DNA of 64,000 nt, from positions 78,607 to 142,606 of the forward strand of contig JACPKL010000001.1 in assembly GCA_016187035.1 (NCBI GenBank). The letters are read 5' to 3'. This document shows positions 43,388 through 52,092 of this stretch, piece after piece. The translations under genes and the position numbers were made by a program. Each line of letters begins with the position of its first letter. The first letter of the stretch is position 1. A model generated the notes under the pieces. That model was not told the DNA's origin and made no database searches. It was given only the letters and a program-made list of their open reading frames with translations. Source of the DNA: Candidatus Daviesbacteria bacterium (lineage in GTDB: Bacteria > Patescibacteriota > Microgenomatia > Daviesbacterales > UBA10151).

Positions 43388-43685
43388 GTTTATGATCGTT
43401 TAAGATAAGATCATAAAACTGTTGTTCAGTAATCTTTTTGGGATCTAAGCCTTTTTCTCTCATCAATCTGTTACCGATTTTTTTACCCTCTTTTTTCAAA
43501 TATCCCCAAGCTTGTCTAATGCGTTCTTCCTTATCTGCAATGTTTTCCTGTTCCTGGATATATTTTTCTGAAAGTGCTAATTTAATAATATCTGCTTCAG
43601 ATAACAACTGATACTTACTCCTAAGGAAGGACAAAACTTTATTGACATCTGAAGTTCGAGCTAATCTTATTTGCGGTTGTGACAT
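43380..43685 (-). CDS. putative cognate antitoxin
   Basis: 101-aa ORF overlapping the PIN gene by 8 nt. No recognised DNA-binding motif. Confidence 0.5.
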   Translation of the reverse strand: MSQPQIRLARTSDVNKVLSFLRSKYQLLSEADIIKLALSEKYIQEQENIADKEERIRQAWGYLKKEGKKIGNRLMREKGLDPKKITEQQFYDLILNDHKHD

Positions 43686-43782
43686 ATACTACCCATTTTA
43701 TGACATTAAGTGCTATTTGTCAAGATACCGAAAAATGGATTTTCTGCCATATTTAGTGTAAGGTTTTTGTAAAGAAAACTAA

Positions 43783-44160
43783 TTATTTGGTTTTTCCAGA
43801 AAGAAGCGGGAGTCTGCTTAAGAGAGATTTTGATATTTCATTTACTTTACACTCATTGCTAAGATTAAAACCACCGGCAGAATGTTTTTGCCCACACGTT
43901 GTGCATCTTTCTCTTCTGCTTCCGTGTAAACGCGTGGATAACCTGTGTCTGCCCCGCCAAGATATTTGATTAAGCACAGCTTCCGGCAAGCTACTGCGGG
44001 AAACAACACATACTGTTGGTTTTGCTGACAATTCCATTATCCTTAAAGCTGCCCTTGGGAATTTAAGCATAGGTATTTCTGGGGATGGCTTTTGAATTGG
44101 CTGTATAGGGAGACAGAAGGGCTCAAAATCGGCTAATGGGACAAACATCCGCTCTTTCAT
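43783..44160 (-). CDS. orphan 125-aa basic, Cys-containing protein
   Basis: A strong SD (aaaggagg) lies 9 nt upstream of the ATG at 44160, preceded by a near-consensus promoter. No homology recognised. GC is higher than in the neighbouring sequence. Confidence 0.4.
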   Translation of the reverse strand: MKERMFVPLADFEPFCLPIQPIQKPSPEIPMLKFPRAALRIMELSAKPTVCVVSRSSLPEAVLNQISWRGRHRLSTRLHGSRRERCTTCGQKHSAGGFNLSNECKVNEISKSLLSRLPLLSGKTK

Positions 44161-44189
44161 TATCAAGCACCTCCTTTAAGCAAGGAGGT

Positions 44190-44218
44190 ATAATACAACA
44201 GATCTTTCAAAATTGCAA
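44190..44218 (-). promoter_or_regulatory. sigma-70-type promoter TTGCAA-17-TATTAT
   Basis: On the minus strand, the -35 is at 44213-44218 and the -10 at 44190-44195, with an exact 17-nt spacer. It lies about 30 nt upstream of the 44160 start. Confidence 0.4.
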
Positions 44219-44261
44219 AGTGGCCAGCTGAAATTATGCTTGACACTGGGAAGAACTAAAC

Positions 44262-44672
44262 TCATACGGCCAGCTTGAAACCTAATTTAGAATACCAGTC
44301 ATCAAATGAAAAAATTGCTTCTGCTTTTAATATATCAGCTGTGGCAGCAACTGTACAATCAAAGAAAGTGTTCTTTTTAGACACAGCCCCATCAAATAAC
44401 TCACTGGCACGTTTCATAATCTCTTGAGTCAGATACTCAACATGAAATACTCCTTGTTGGTATTGTTTGTTTATAAGATGAGCTTTTTCCGGTTGGTTTA
44501 AAGCCCGCTTTAAGGTGGTAATTGCTTCTGGAAAAACAGTCACTGGGAATATTATAGTAGCTTCTTGCTGCATTAGTTTGCGGTGAATTACCGCTGCTTT
44601 ATTATGATGAGGGTCTTTTTCTAAAGATAGGGCGATTAGAGCATCAGCGTCTACCACAACAATATTGTTCAC
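44262..44672 (-). CDS. vapC: PIN-domain toxin (VapC family)
   Basis: 'IVVVDADALIAL' and 'IFSFDDWY'. Confidence 0.8.
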   Translation of the reverse strand: MNNIVVVDADALIALSLEKDPHHNKAAVIHRKLMQQEATIIFPVTVFPEAITTLKRALNQPEKAHLINKQYQQGVFHVEYLTQEIMKRASELFDGAVSKKNTFFDCTVAATADILKAEAIFSFDDWYSKLGFKLAV

Positions 44673-44932
44673 TTACGCTTTTCTCCACCCCAAAGGTAAT
44701 AATCCATATTTTCAACTGCGTCTTTAGGCACTTTACCTTTAGTAGGAATTTTTTCCATCAATTTAACAAAATCAAGTAAGGCTTGTGCAGAACTAGATAT
44801 TGGATGAACAACCTCTAATCCTTCTTTCAAAGCATCCCTGATAATCTCAGATTCTACTTTATTTTTGGCTTTAGCAGCTAAGTTAATTCTTTGTTTGATC
44901 TCTTCCGGAATATAGACACTGATTCTTTGCAT
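44669..44932 (-). CDS. CopG/RHH antitoxin
   Basis: 'MQRISVYIPEEIKQRINLAAKAKNKVESEIIRDALKEGL' is a ribbon-helix-helix. 4-nt overlap with the PIN gene. Confidence 0.75.
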   Translation of the reverse strand: MQRISVYIPEEIKQRINLAAKAKNKVESEIIRDALKEGLEVVHPISSSAQALLDFVKLMEKIPTKGKVPKDAVENMDYYLWGGEKRK

Positions 44933-44964
44933 ATTAAATGATTATATCATACGTATGACGTATG

Positions 44965-46359
44965 TCAACACTTTCTAATTGCAGGGCATTTTGGACACTT
45001 TTGTCCTTTTCTTACCACACACTTTATAACTTCCCCGCAAGCCCCACATCTAATACAAAAGTCTTTATCTTTTGAAAATAACCCAGAGATTCCCCTGACA
45101 ACACCAGAAGCCAAGTTACCTATAGATTCTGTTATCCCCCCAAATGAAAACCCCCCGGAAAGACCACAAGCTGCTGCTACTTTTGCTACCATTTGTTTGC
45201 CCAACCAATTTATCTCCTCATCTAAATTTTTAAAAATTGGCGTATTTCTAATAAAATTAGCAAACCCTTCAACTATCCTCCCAGGAACACCTTTAAGCTT
45301 AACTAACTTCCTATCTGCTCCTGCTAAAATAGCATTCCATCTTAAAGCAACCTCCTGAGGATTAAAAACAGATGCACAAATTGCTTCCATAAAATAACTG
45401 ATTCTTTTCCTGCCATCGTTAATAATTTCCTGGAGATTATCTTTAGATAAAACACCTTTTGCAGCACCTGCAAGTTGCATAGAAATCTCTGCAGCGCTTC
45501 TTGTATCGGTTTTAGGATCTATTTTAATTCCATTTTCTGCATAATAATTATCAACCGGGCCTTCAGTCTTTCTATCAAAATAATTCGGTCTATACTGCCT
45601 GACATTAGCTTCGTATTGTTTGTAAGAAGCTGATGAAGTAAACCTGGTCATTTGCAAATACCTGATATTAATAATGGGATCTATCCCCATAAGCTCATAA
45701 ACATCTATAAAATTTTTGGTAAAGGATGTCCCTTCCTGAAAACGCGGGCCACTGATAAATGCGATTTTGAGATGTGCGGGTACTTCTGACTCAGCAGTCA
45801 TTCCTTGAACACTTAAAATACCTCTAAATTGTGCTTCTTCTCTATCCGCATCCGGAGAGCCTAAATTTCTTGAATGCTCAATCCCCCTATTCACCACATC
45901 TTCAAAAGGTTCATTAGGAAAAGCTTCACTATAAAGCTTACCGTCTGATTTGATAACATATTTGGCTATGCTTTCGACTACGTTATATCTTTCTCCTAAA
46001 GCTGTTGGAATGTTTTCGTCTGTTTGCTGAGCAATAAACATTCTTTGCTCTTGGGGAGTTTTAAGCTGCTCCCATATAGCTCTAAGTAGCGGAGGGTCGA
46101 AGTTTCTCGCTTCATTAATTTCACCCTCCATACCTAACCTGGAATAATAAAACCATCTTAACCGGTTAACATCCCTCATTAACTTCCCTGAATTAACAGG
46201 AGTAAAAGCCTCTGGCTGCTGAGACTCAAAAGCTTTTATAAAAGCTGCAGGTACTTGAACTTTCTCTGCAAATGCTTCTTCGAAAGCTTGTGGAACCTGT
46301 ACCCTGTTTAATTGAGGTAAAAAAGAATCTTCTGTTCGTTGAGGTGCTTCTACGCTCAT
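44965..46359 (-). CDS. 464-aa orphan protein with a C-terminal Cys-rich zinc-ribbon
   Basis: The C-terminus is 'FCIRCGACGEVIKCVVRKGQKCPKCPAIRKC', preceded by a Gly-rich hydrophobic stretch. No other motif recognised. Confidence 0.7.
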   Translation of the reverse strand: MSVEAPQRTEDSFLPQLNRVQVPQAFEEAFAEKVQVPAAFIKAFESQQPEAFTPVNSGKLMRDVNRLRWFYYSRLGMEGEINEARNFDPPLLRAIWEQLKTPQEQRMFIAQQTDENIPTALGERYNVVESIAKYVIKSDGKLYSEAFPNEPFEDVVNRGIEHSRNLGSPDADREEAQFRGILSVQGMTAESEVPAHLKIAFISGPRFQEGTSFTKNFIDVYELMGIDPIINIRYLQMTRFTSSASYKQYEANVRQYRPNYFDRKTEGPVDNYYAENGIKIDPKTDTRSAAEISMQLAGAAKGVLSKDNLQEIINDGRKRISYFMEAICASVFNPQEVALRWNAILAGADRKLVKLKGVPGRIVEGFANFIRNTPIFKNLDEEINWLGKQMVAKVAAACGLSGGFSFGGITESIGNLASGVVRGISGLFSKDKDFCIRCGACGEVIKCVVRKGQKCPKCPAIRKC

Positions 46360-46487
46360 ATTGCTCCTGACACGGGATATAAATTGTGGTCGGTCTCCTG
46401 ACTATACAGTTGCGGCACAGTTCCCGAATTACACGGGATTCCCTTTATTGTCTCTTATCCAAACTTGGATTGAGACACCACAGACCA
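46360..46487 (-). promoter_or_regulatory. possible structured ~125-nt 5' leader
   Basis: On the minus strand, the closing helix tgtggt-gtctc / gagac(cg)accaca encloses two hairpins: atcca-agtt-tggat and tcccg-tgtaatt-cggga. A second 'tcccgtgt' sits next to the SD (caggagcaatATG). Confidence 0.3.
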
Positions 46488-46516
46488 ATAATAGCAAACT
46501 CAAAATCAAATGTCAA
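46488..46516 (-). promoter_or_regulatory. sigma-70-type promoter TTGACA-17-TATTAT
   Basis: On the minus strand, the -35 is at 46511-46516 and the -10 at 46488-46493, with a 17-nt spacer. It is embedded in the 'ctcaaaatcaaatgtcaaagctcaaaa' low-complexity tract. Confidence 0.45.
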
Positions 46517-46614
46517 AGCTCAAAATTTAAGTAAATATTCCGATATGGATTGCTCTCTAATGACCTCTTTTGAGCTTCTTGCCATTAGTTTTTTCACGAT
46601 GTATATATTAAGCT

Positions 46615-47625
46615 ATGGAACCACATGCAATCCCGCAAAATGTCACCTCTTTCCAATTTCATTTAGTTGGGGATATGACTTTAAGACAATTTCTTTATTT
46701 GGCTACCGGAGCTGGTATCGCTTATTTTATTTTTATCTTCCTTTCACCGGTATATCCTTTGATCGCCTGGCCTCTAATTTTAATCTCAGCCTCATTAGGA
46801 GCTGCTTTTGCTTTTATGCCTATAGCTTCCCGTCCTTTGGATTACTGGCTGGGAGCATTTTTAAAAGCTATATACCAGCCTACCAAAAGGGTTTGGCAGA
46901 AAAACAATAAGGATTATAAAAACGATCCTTTATTTAACAGCAGATTAGTGACTTATCTTTCCAGCTTAGAACTAGCAAGCCAACAAATCAACAAACCCGC
47001 CGGCATTCCCGCGTCTCTTCCTACAACTGCAGAATTGGGCAAAACAGTAGATCTTGCCCGTCAAGCTCAAAATTTACAACTTAAAATTCTGCAGACCGAA
47101 AGAACCTTAAACCAAATTAAATCTAAATCTCAACAAGCAGCTGTTATCCCAACCGACTATAGCAATCAAGTCAATAAAATAATCGCTGATTTGCAAACTT
47201 TAGTCTCTCAAGCTTCTCAGGTCAGAAACCAGCTTGATACAGTTACCAAAGCCGAACCCATGAAAACAGCGCCTGCTGTGAAAGCCATTCCTGCAGCTGA
47301 GCTAAAAGAACAAGTCAAAGTAGTTACTCCTAGCAAAATCAAACAAACCCAAATGGCATTAACCACTTTCCCGAATGTAATAAATGGCGTAGTTACAGAT
47401 AATACAGGAAACTACCTTGAAGGAGGTATCGCTGTTATTTATGATAAGGAAGGCTTGCCAGTCAGAGCCTTAAAAACTAATAAGCTTGGCCAGTTTACCG
47501 GCTCAACCCCTTTGCCGAATGGCTCATACCGTTTAACTTTGGAAAAGGATAACCTGACCTTTGACACCTTACAAATAGAGTTAAATGGAGAAGTATTACC
47601 GCCCTTGTTGATAAAGGCTAAATGA
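46615..47625 (+). CDS. PrgI/VirB3-like membrane protein with a C-terminal carboxypeptidase-regulatory-like beta domain
   Basis: The N-terminus 'FQFHLVGDMTLRQFLYLATGAGIAYFIFIF...LILISASLGAAFAFMP..RPLDYWL' is the PrgI-family two-TM pattern. The C-terminus is 'INGVVTDNTGNYLEGGIAVIYDKEG...GSYRLTLEKDNL'. Confidence 0.6.
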   Translation: MEPHAIPQNVTSFQFHLVGDMTLRQFLYLATGAGIAYFIFIFLSPVYPLIAWPLILISASLGAAFAFMPIASRPLDYWLGAFLKAIYQPTKRVWQKNNKDYKNDPLFNSRLVTYLSSLELASQQINKPAGIPASLPTTAELGKTVDLARQAQNLQLKILQTERTLNQIKSKSQQAAVIPTDYSNQVNKIIADLQTLVSQASQVRNQLDTVTKAEPMKTAPAVKAIPAAELKEQVKVVTPSKIKQTQMALTTFPNVINGVVTDNTGNYLEGGIAVIYDKEGLPVRALKTNKLGQFTGSTPLPNGSYRLTLEKDNLTFDTLQIELNGEVLPPLLIKAK

Positions 47626-48344
47626 ATACAACACAAGATCATTTATTAATTTCTGATATCCAAGAGGATATTTTGCTTTTGAAAAATGGCGGAGGAGCCC
47701 TGGTTTTACAAGTCTCTGCAGTTAATTTTGGTCTGTTATCAGACAGAGAACAAATAGCTATCATCTCCTCATTTGCCCAAATGCTTAATTCATTAAGCTT
47801 TAGTATCCAAATCTTAGTTTATTCAGAAAGGTTAAATATTTCTTCTTATTTAAATCTATTAGACAAAGCTAAACAAACTCAAACAAATCCCCTTTTATCA
47901 AATATGATTTTAAGTTATAGACAATTTATCCAAACCACAATTAAAGATAATGACGTGCTAGACAAGAAATTTTTCGTGATTATTCCTCTTTATTCACTCG
48001 AGCTTGGGATAACTGCTTCAAAAGAAAACCTGGAACAAAAAATCAAAACAGTTCTCTTCCCAAGACGGGATCAGATCATCAGACAATTAAATAGAGTCGG
48101 ATTAAAAGCTACACAATTAACAAAGCAAAAATTAATAGAGACTTTTTATGATATATACAATGGCCAGTTTGTTCAAAATATTGCAGCTGGACCCAAACAA
48201 CCTGTATCACCCCCTCCGCCAACCCCTGTACCAGCCAGCACAGGGCAGACCTCAACATCACCAGCCAGTATGACACAAACACCTCCCATACAACAAACGC
48301 AGGCAGCAAAAAACCATCCTTTTGTGGTGGAGGAGCTGGAATGA
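47622..48344 (+). CDS. T4SS-associated protein resembling the N-terminal domain of VirB4/TraC-type ATPases
   Basis: 'ISDIQEDILLLKNGGGALVLQVSAVNFGLLSDREQIAIISSFAQMLNSL' resembles the N-domain pattern of Gram-positive VirB4 homologues. Pro-rich tail. Translationally coupled to the PrgI-like gene. Confidence 0.45.
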   Translation: MNTTQDHLLISDIQEDILLLKNGGGALVLQVSAVNFGLLSDREQIAIISSFAQMLNSLSFSIQILVYSERLNISSYLNLLDKAKQTQTNPLLSNMILSYRQFIQTTIKDNDVLDKKFFVIIPLYSLELGITASKENLEQKIKTVLFPRRDQIIRQLNRVGLKATQLTKQKLIETFYDIYNGQFVQNIAAGPKQPVSPPPPTPVPASTGQTSTSPASMTQTPPIQQTQAAKNHPFVVEELE

Positions 48345-48349
48345 GAAGA

Positions 48350-48413
48350 GATTTAAGATTTATGAATTATGATTGAAGAATATTCGTAAATCTTTAATCT
48401 TAAATCGTAAATC
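48350..48413. repeat. 64-nt imperfect palindrome built from the same words as the four-helix-bundle gene flanks (no cargo)
   Basis: The left arm gatttaagatttatgaattatgattgaagaat directly abuts the right arm attcgtaaatctttaatcttaaatcgtaaatc. The arms match at 25/32 as reverse complements. Confidence 0.55.
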
Positions 48414-48423
48414 TAATAAATAT

Positions 48424-50220
48424 ATGGCTATACTAAGTCTATTTAAGAAACAGGCTCAAAATAATCAGAATATCGCTCATCAATTGACATTAGAGGATGT
48501 CCTTGCTCCTTCTGAGATAGAAGTTGATTTTAATAATTTGCGGATTGATAACAGATTTTTTAGAACATATTTTGTCTCAGATTATCCTAGGTTTGTGGAA
48601 CCAAATTGGCTTGAGCCTTTAATTTCTTTTGATCATTCGCTCTTAATTTCAATGTTTATTTATCCGTCACAATCTTCTGGAGTATTGGATGAATTAAAAA
48701 GGAAAATTGCTGAAATGGAAGCCACAATTCAAACAGACCTGGAAAGAGGCCGCGGAGTAGACCCAACCGTAGAAGTAGCTTTAGAAGATGCCCATCTTCT
48801 GCAAGATCAATTAGTTAGAGGGGTTGAGAGGTTTTTCCAATTCTCTCTATATGTTAGCGTTCCTTCCAATAGCAAAGAGGAATTACATAATACCTCTAAA
48901 TTAGTTGAATCCACCTTAGCTTCTTTATCTATAACTGCCAGACCAACTACTTTACAAATGGAGGATGGATTTAGATCTACCTTGCCTTTGGGGCAAGACC
49001 AGCTAAATCTAACTCATAATATGGATACTACTGCTTTAGCCACCACTTTTCCTTTTGCCTCCTCAGAGCTAACAGCTAATGAAGGGATCATGTATGGGAT
49101 TAATGAGCATAATGATTCTTTAATACTTTTTGACAGATTCAGTTTGGAGAACGGGAATAGCTGCATCTTCGCCAAATCCGGCGCGGGCAAGAGCTACCTG
49201 GTAAAACTGGAGGCTTTAAGATCTTTGATGTTTGGAGTTGAAGTTATTGTGATTGATCCTGAACAAGAGTATTTGCCCTTAGCCCAGGCTGTAGGAGGAG
49301 AATTTATTAATTTTTCCACCTCCTCACCAGCCAAAATTAATCCTTTTGACCTATCCCAATCTTCAACTGACGGTGAGAATGAAGGGAACCTTCCTTCCTC
49401 CGGAAGTGAACTAGGCAGAAAGATTTTATCTTTAACCTCCTTTTTAAAATTAGTATTAGGGCAGTTAAGCGCTACTGAGGCTGCTGTTTTAGACCGCAGC
49501 CTGAAACAGACTTATCAATTAAAAGGCATTACTGACAACCCAAAAACCCAGCTTAACCCTCCGTCTGGCCCTCCTTTAATGGAAGATTTATATAGAGTGC
49601 TGATTGGGATGGAAGAAAAAGGGGCTATGGAGTTGGCAGCCAGATTGGAAAGGTTTATCAAAGGCTCTTTGGCTGGTATTTTTTCAACTCAGTCTAATAT
49701 AGATCTTAAAAACCCTTTCACGGTTTTTTCTGTCCGCGATTTGCCTGATCAGCTTCGACCCTTGGCAATTCATATGATACTGGAGTATGTTTGGACCAAA
49801 ATCAGAACCAAGTTAAAAAGGAGGATTATGATTGTTGACGAGGCCTGGTATTTGATGCGCAACCCTGATTCAGCTGATTTTTTGGTAGATATGGCTAAAA
49901 GAGCCAGAAAGTATTATTTAGGGCTGACTACTATCACTCAGGATGTGGAGGATTTTTTAACTAATGAAAGAGGTAAAGAAATTATTTCTAATTCCTCAAT
50001 CCAGATACTTCTAAAACAGGCTCCGGCTTCAATTGACCTTCTGGCAGATATTTTTAATCTATCGGAAGGAGAGGCAAGACTGCTTTTATCAGAAGGGATA
50101 GGCCAGGGTTTATTCTTTGCCGGCAATACCCATGTGGCCATGAGAGTAGTCGCCTCGCCTCAAGAACATCAATTAGTCACTTCGAACCCTCAAGAGCTTA
50201 TGGCAAGACAAAATGTATAG
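48424..50220 (+). CDS. virB4: VirB4-family T4SS ATPase
   Basis: Walker A 'FAKSGAGKSYLVK' and Walker B 'RIMIVDEAWYLM', with 'GLTTITQDVEDF' downstream. The start was set at the ATG at 48424 (MAILSLFKK). Confidence 0.85.
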   Translation: MAILSLFKKQAQNNQNIAHQLTLEDVLAPSEIEVDFNNLRIDNRFFRTYFVSDYPRFVEPNWLEPLISFDHSLLISMFIYPSQSSGVLDELKRKIAEMEATIQTDLERGRGVDPTVEVALEDAHLLQDQLVRGVERFFQFSLYVSVPSNSKEELHNTSKLVESTLASLSITARPTTLQMEDGFRSTLPLGQDQLNLTHNMDTTALATTFPFASSELTANEGIMYGINEHNDSLILFDRFSLENGNSCIFAKSGAGKSYLVKLEALRSLMFGVEVIVIDPEQEYLPLAQAVGGEFINFSTSSPAKINPFDLSQSSTDGENEGNLPSSGSELGRKILSLTSFLKLVLGQLSATEAAVLDRSLKQTYQLKGITDNPKTQLNPPSGPPLMEDLYRVLIGMEEKGAMELAARLERFIKGSLAGIFSTQSNIDLKNPFTVFSVRDLPDQLRPLAIHMILEYVWTKIRTKLKRRIMIVDEAWYLMRNPDSADFLVDMAKRARKYYLGLTTITQDVEDFLTNERGKEIISNSSIQILLKQAPASIDLLADIFNLSEGEARLLLSEGIGQGLFFAGNTHVAMRVVASPQEHQLVTSNPQELMARQNV

Positions 50221-50235
50221 TGATACTCTAAACTT

Positions 50236-52092
50236 ATGGCAGTAAAAGTAAAGGCTGTTAAAATTCCTTTAAAAGATTTAGCGCAGGCTTTAATAGATAA
50301 AACTGCACCTTCATCTCCGTATTTTAAAAAAAATACTTGGGGTCCTCAAAATTATAGTTACGAAGAAGACATTTACCCTCAGGCCAGAATGGCATTCCCT
50401 GAGTATAATAAGCTTTATCCGGATAATGAAGATTTTTCCAAATATTTTGCCAGAGATTTTTATAGACATGACCCAAAACTGCTGGGAACAATTCAAGGGG
50501 TTGTTAGTCAGCCAACTGAGACAACTATAGCTGAAGAAGCATCTGTAGTTTCAAGCGGGCGGATGGCGGGTGAAAACGCAGCCACCATGACAGGAGGAAC
50601 CACTATACCGACTACAACCTCCCTCAGATTTCCAATTATAAATACAGCTAAGAATCTTGGTACTTCTGCCAACATTTTTAGCAAACAAAGCAGCACCAGG
50701 ATTATGAGCGGGATCTCTAATATTTTAGGAGGAGCTGTTGGAGCAGGGGGAAGAGGGTTAGGCGGTTTTGGTTTAAAAGCAGTTAATGGCGGATTAAACA
50801 GATGGCAAACCTTCTCCTCTTTCAAGGGCAGCTTAAGAGCACCCTCATTAAAAGGAGCTGGCGGTAAAACAGCCATAGCCATCTTTGGAGCGCTTTTTTT
50901 ATTCATGTTCTTTTCGGGTTTGCTGGGTGGAATCGGGGCACCAGGTGCCCCCACAGGAGAAGCTGCTCCAATTCCAGGCTCAGATAGCGCATTACCATCT
51001 GGCAATTTAGCCCAGTGCTCTTTTGCTGGAGTTTCAGGAGACCTAAAAGTCGGCAACCCAACTTTAGCAGATATGGTTTCTGATATTTCAGCAAAGGTAG
51101 GTGTACCTGGATCAGTGGTAATGGGAATTCTGCGGATTGAAAGCTCAGATAAGTTCGTAAATAAAGATCCCAATTATTTAACCAATGATTACGACGCTAC
51201 CCCAAGCACTGCAGGAGCAATTGGTATAGCTCAATTTATGCCTGATACGTTTAAGGGTGTGTTCTTAAATAATAAAGATGATATTTCAAAAAAGTTTCAA
51301 AAAGCTGCTGTTATTACAACCAGAGAGCCTGCTGTTTCTCCACCGCCAAATGATGATCTTATGAGAATCACCAGCGTCAGGGATTCAATCATTATGGCAG
51401 CATATAAAATTAAAGATGATAAAAACGCCAGGGCTGGCAGTGCTGCTGGATGGGACGAGAAAGCAGTTAGGGCAGTTGCCAAAGCTTACTATGGAGCCTG
51501 CTCTTATGAAGGAGCTAGTGGAGATTATTGTAAAGATCTAACACAGAGTCTTAATAATTGTAAAACAGCCTCTATTATCTTAGCTGACACTAACCAAATT
51601 GGGCAAATTGTCAAAGGTATACAAAGTGTTTGTGTTTACAATGGGGTGGCTGGGGTAGTTTCTACATACAATTTAAGCTGTTTAAATTCAGTAGACCCTT
51701 CTTTACCTGCAATTGTTGACAGCCAAATCAGATCATCCACAGTATCGCATACTTTTTTACAGTGTGTCGGTTATGTTAAAGCTATAGCATCTTGGATAAA
51801 TAATGAAACACTAAATGATCATAATGTAGCAAACGCTTATGACTATCAAGCTATTCCTCCTTTAGGTTACCGCTTCGTGTCAAAAGGGGATGATAGCGCT
51901 ATAATGATAGGAGATATTGCTATTTGGAATAATGCACCAAACGGTCATGTGGCTTATGTGGTAGGGGTTGAAAGCGCTAACCGTTTTCTGGTCACCGAAG
52001 CCAGCTGGGGACCGCAAGGATATGTCCGGATGGATCGTTATATCGACAAAACAAGCGAATCAGGATTCCAAGGTTGGGCTAGAAAACAATGA
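50236..52092 (+). CDS. membrane-anchored peptidoglycan hydrolase (lytic transglycosylase + CHAP domains)
   Basis: SLT-like 'VVMGILRIESS' and 'GAIGIAQFMPDTF'. C-terminal CHAP-like 'LQCVGYVKA' (Cys) and 'NGHVAYVVGVE' (His). Gly-rich region and a TM segment. Confidence 0.7.
   Translation: MAVKVKAVKIPLKDLAQALIDKTAPSSPYFKKNTWGPQNYSYEEDIYPQARMAFPEYNKLYPDNEDFSKYFARDFYRHDPKLLGTIQGVVSQPTETTIAEEASVVSSGRMAGENAATMTGGTTIPTTTSLRFPIINTAKNLGTSANIFSKQSSTRIMSGISNILGGAVGAGGRGLGGFGLKAVNGGLNRWQTFSSFKGSLRAPSLKGAGGKTAIAIFGALFLFMFFSGLLGGIGAPGAPTGEAAPIPGSDSALPSGNLAQCSFAGVSGDLKVGNPTLADMVSDISAKVGVPGSVVMGILRIESSDKFVNKDPNYLTNDYDATPSTAGAIGIAQFMPDTFKGVFLNNKDDISKKFQKAAVITTREPAVSPPPNDDLMRITSVRDSIIMAAYKIKDDKNARAGSAAGWDEKAVRAVAKAYYGACSYEGASGDYCKDLTQSLNNCKTASIILADTNQIGQIVKGIQSVCVYNGVAGVVSTYNLSCLNSVDPSLPAIVDSQIRSSTVSHTFLQCVGYVKAIASWINNETLNDHNVANAYDYQAIPPLGYRFVSKGDDSAIMIGDIAIWNNAPNGHVAYVVGVESANRFLVTEASWGPQGYVRMDRYIDKTSESGFQGWARKQ

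Noticed and set aside
43780-44260. RNase P RNA or another large structured ncRNA in the GC-richer gap between PIN modules
   Set aside because: I could not find the conserved RNase P P4/CR-I-type motifs (GAGGAAAGUCC..., ...ACAGAA...) on either strand. The region has a good promoter, SD and a 125-codon ORF.
46386-46910. 174-aa plus-strand ORF
   Set aside because: It covers the promoter and leader of the divergent 46359 gene and overlaps the PrgI-like gene in another frame. The PrgI-like frame has the recognisable two-TM motif.
50508-51173. 221-aa minus-strand ORF antisense to the peptidoglycan hydrolase gene
   Set aside because: It is a Pro/Ala-rich translation typical of the antisense strand of a Gly/Ala-rich coding region. 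The sense frame carries SLT and CHAP motifs.
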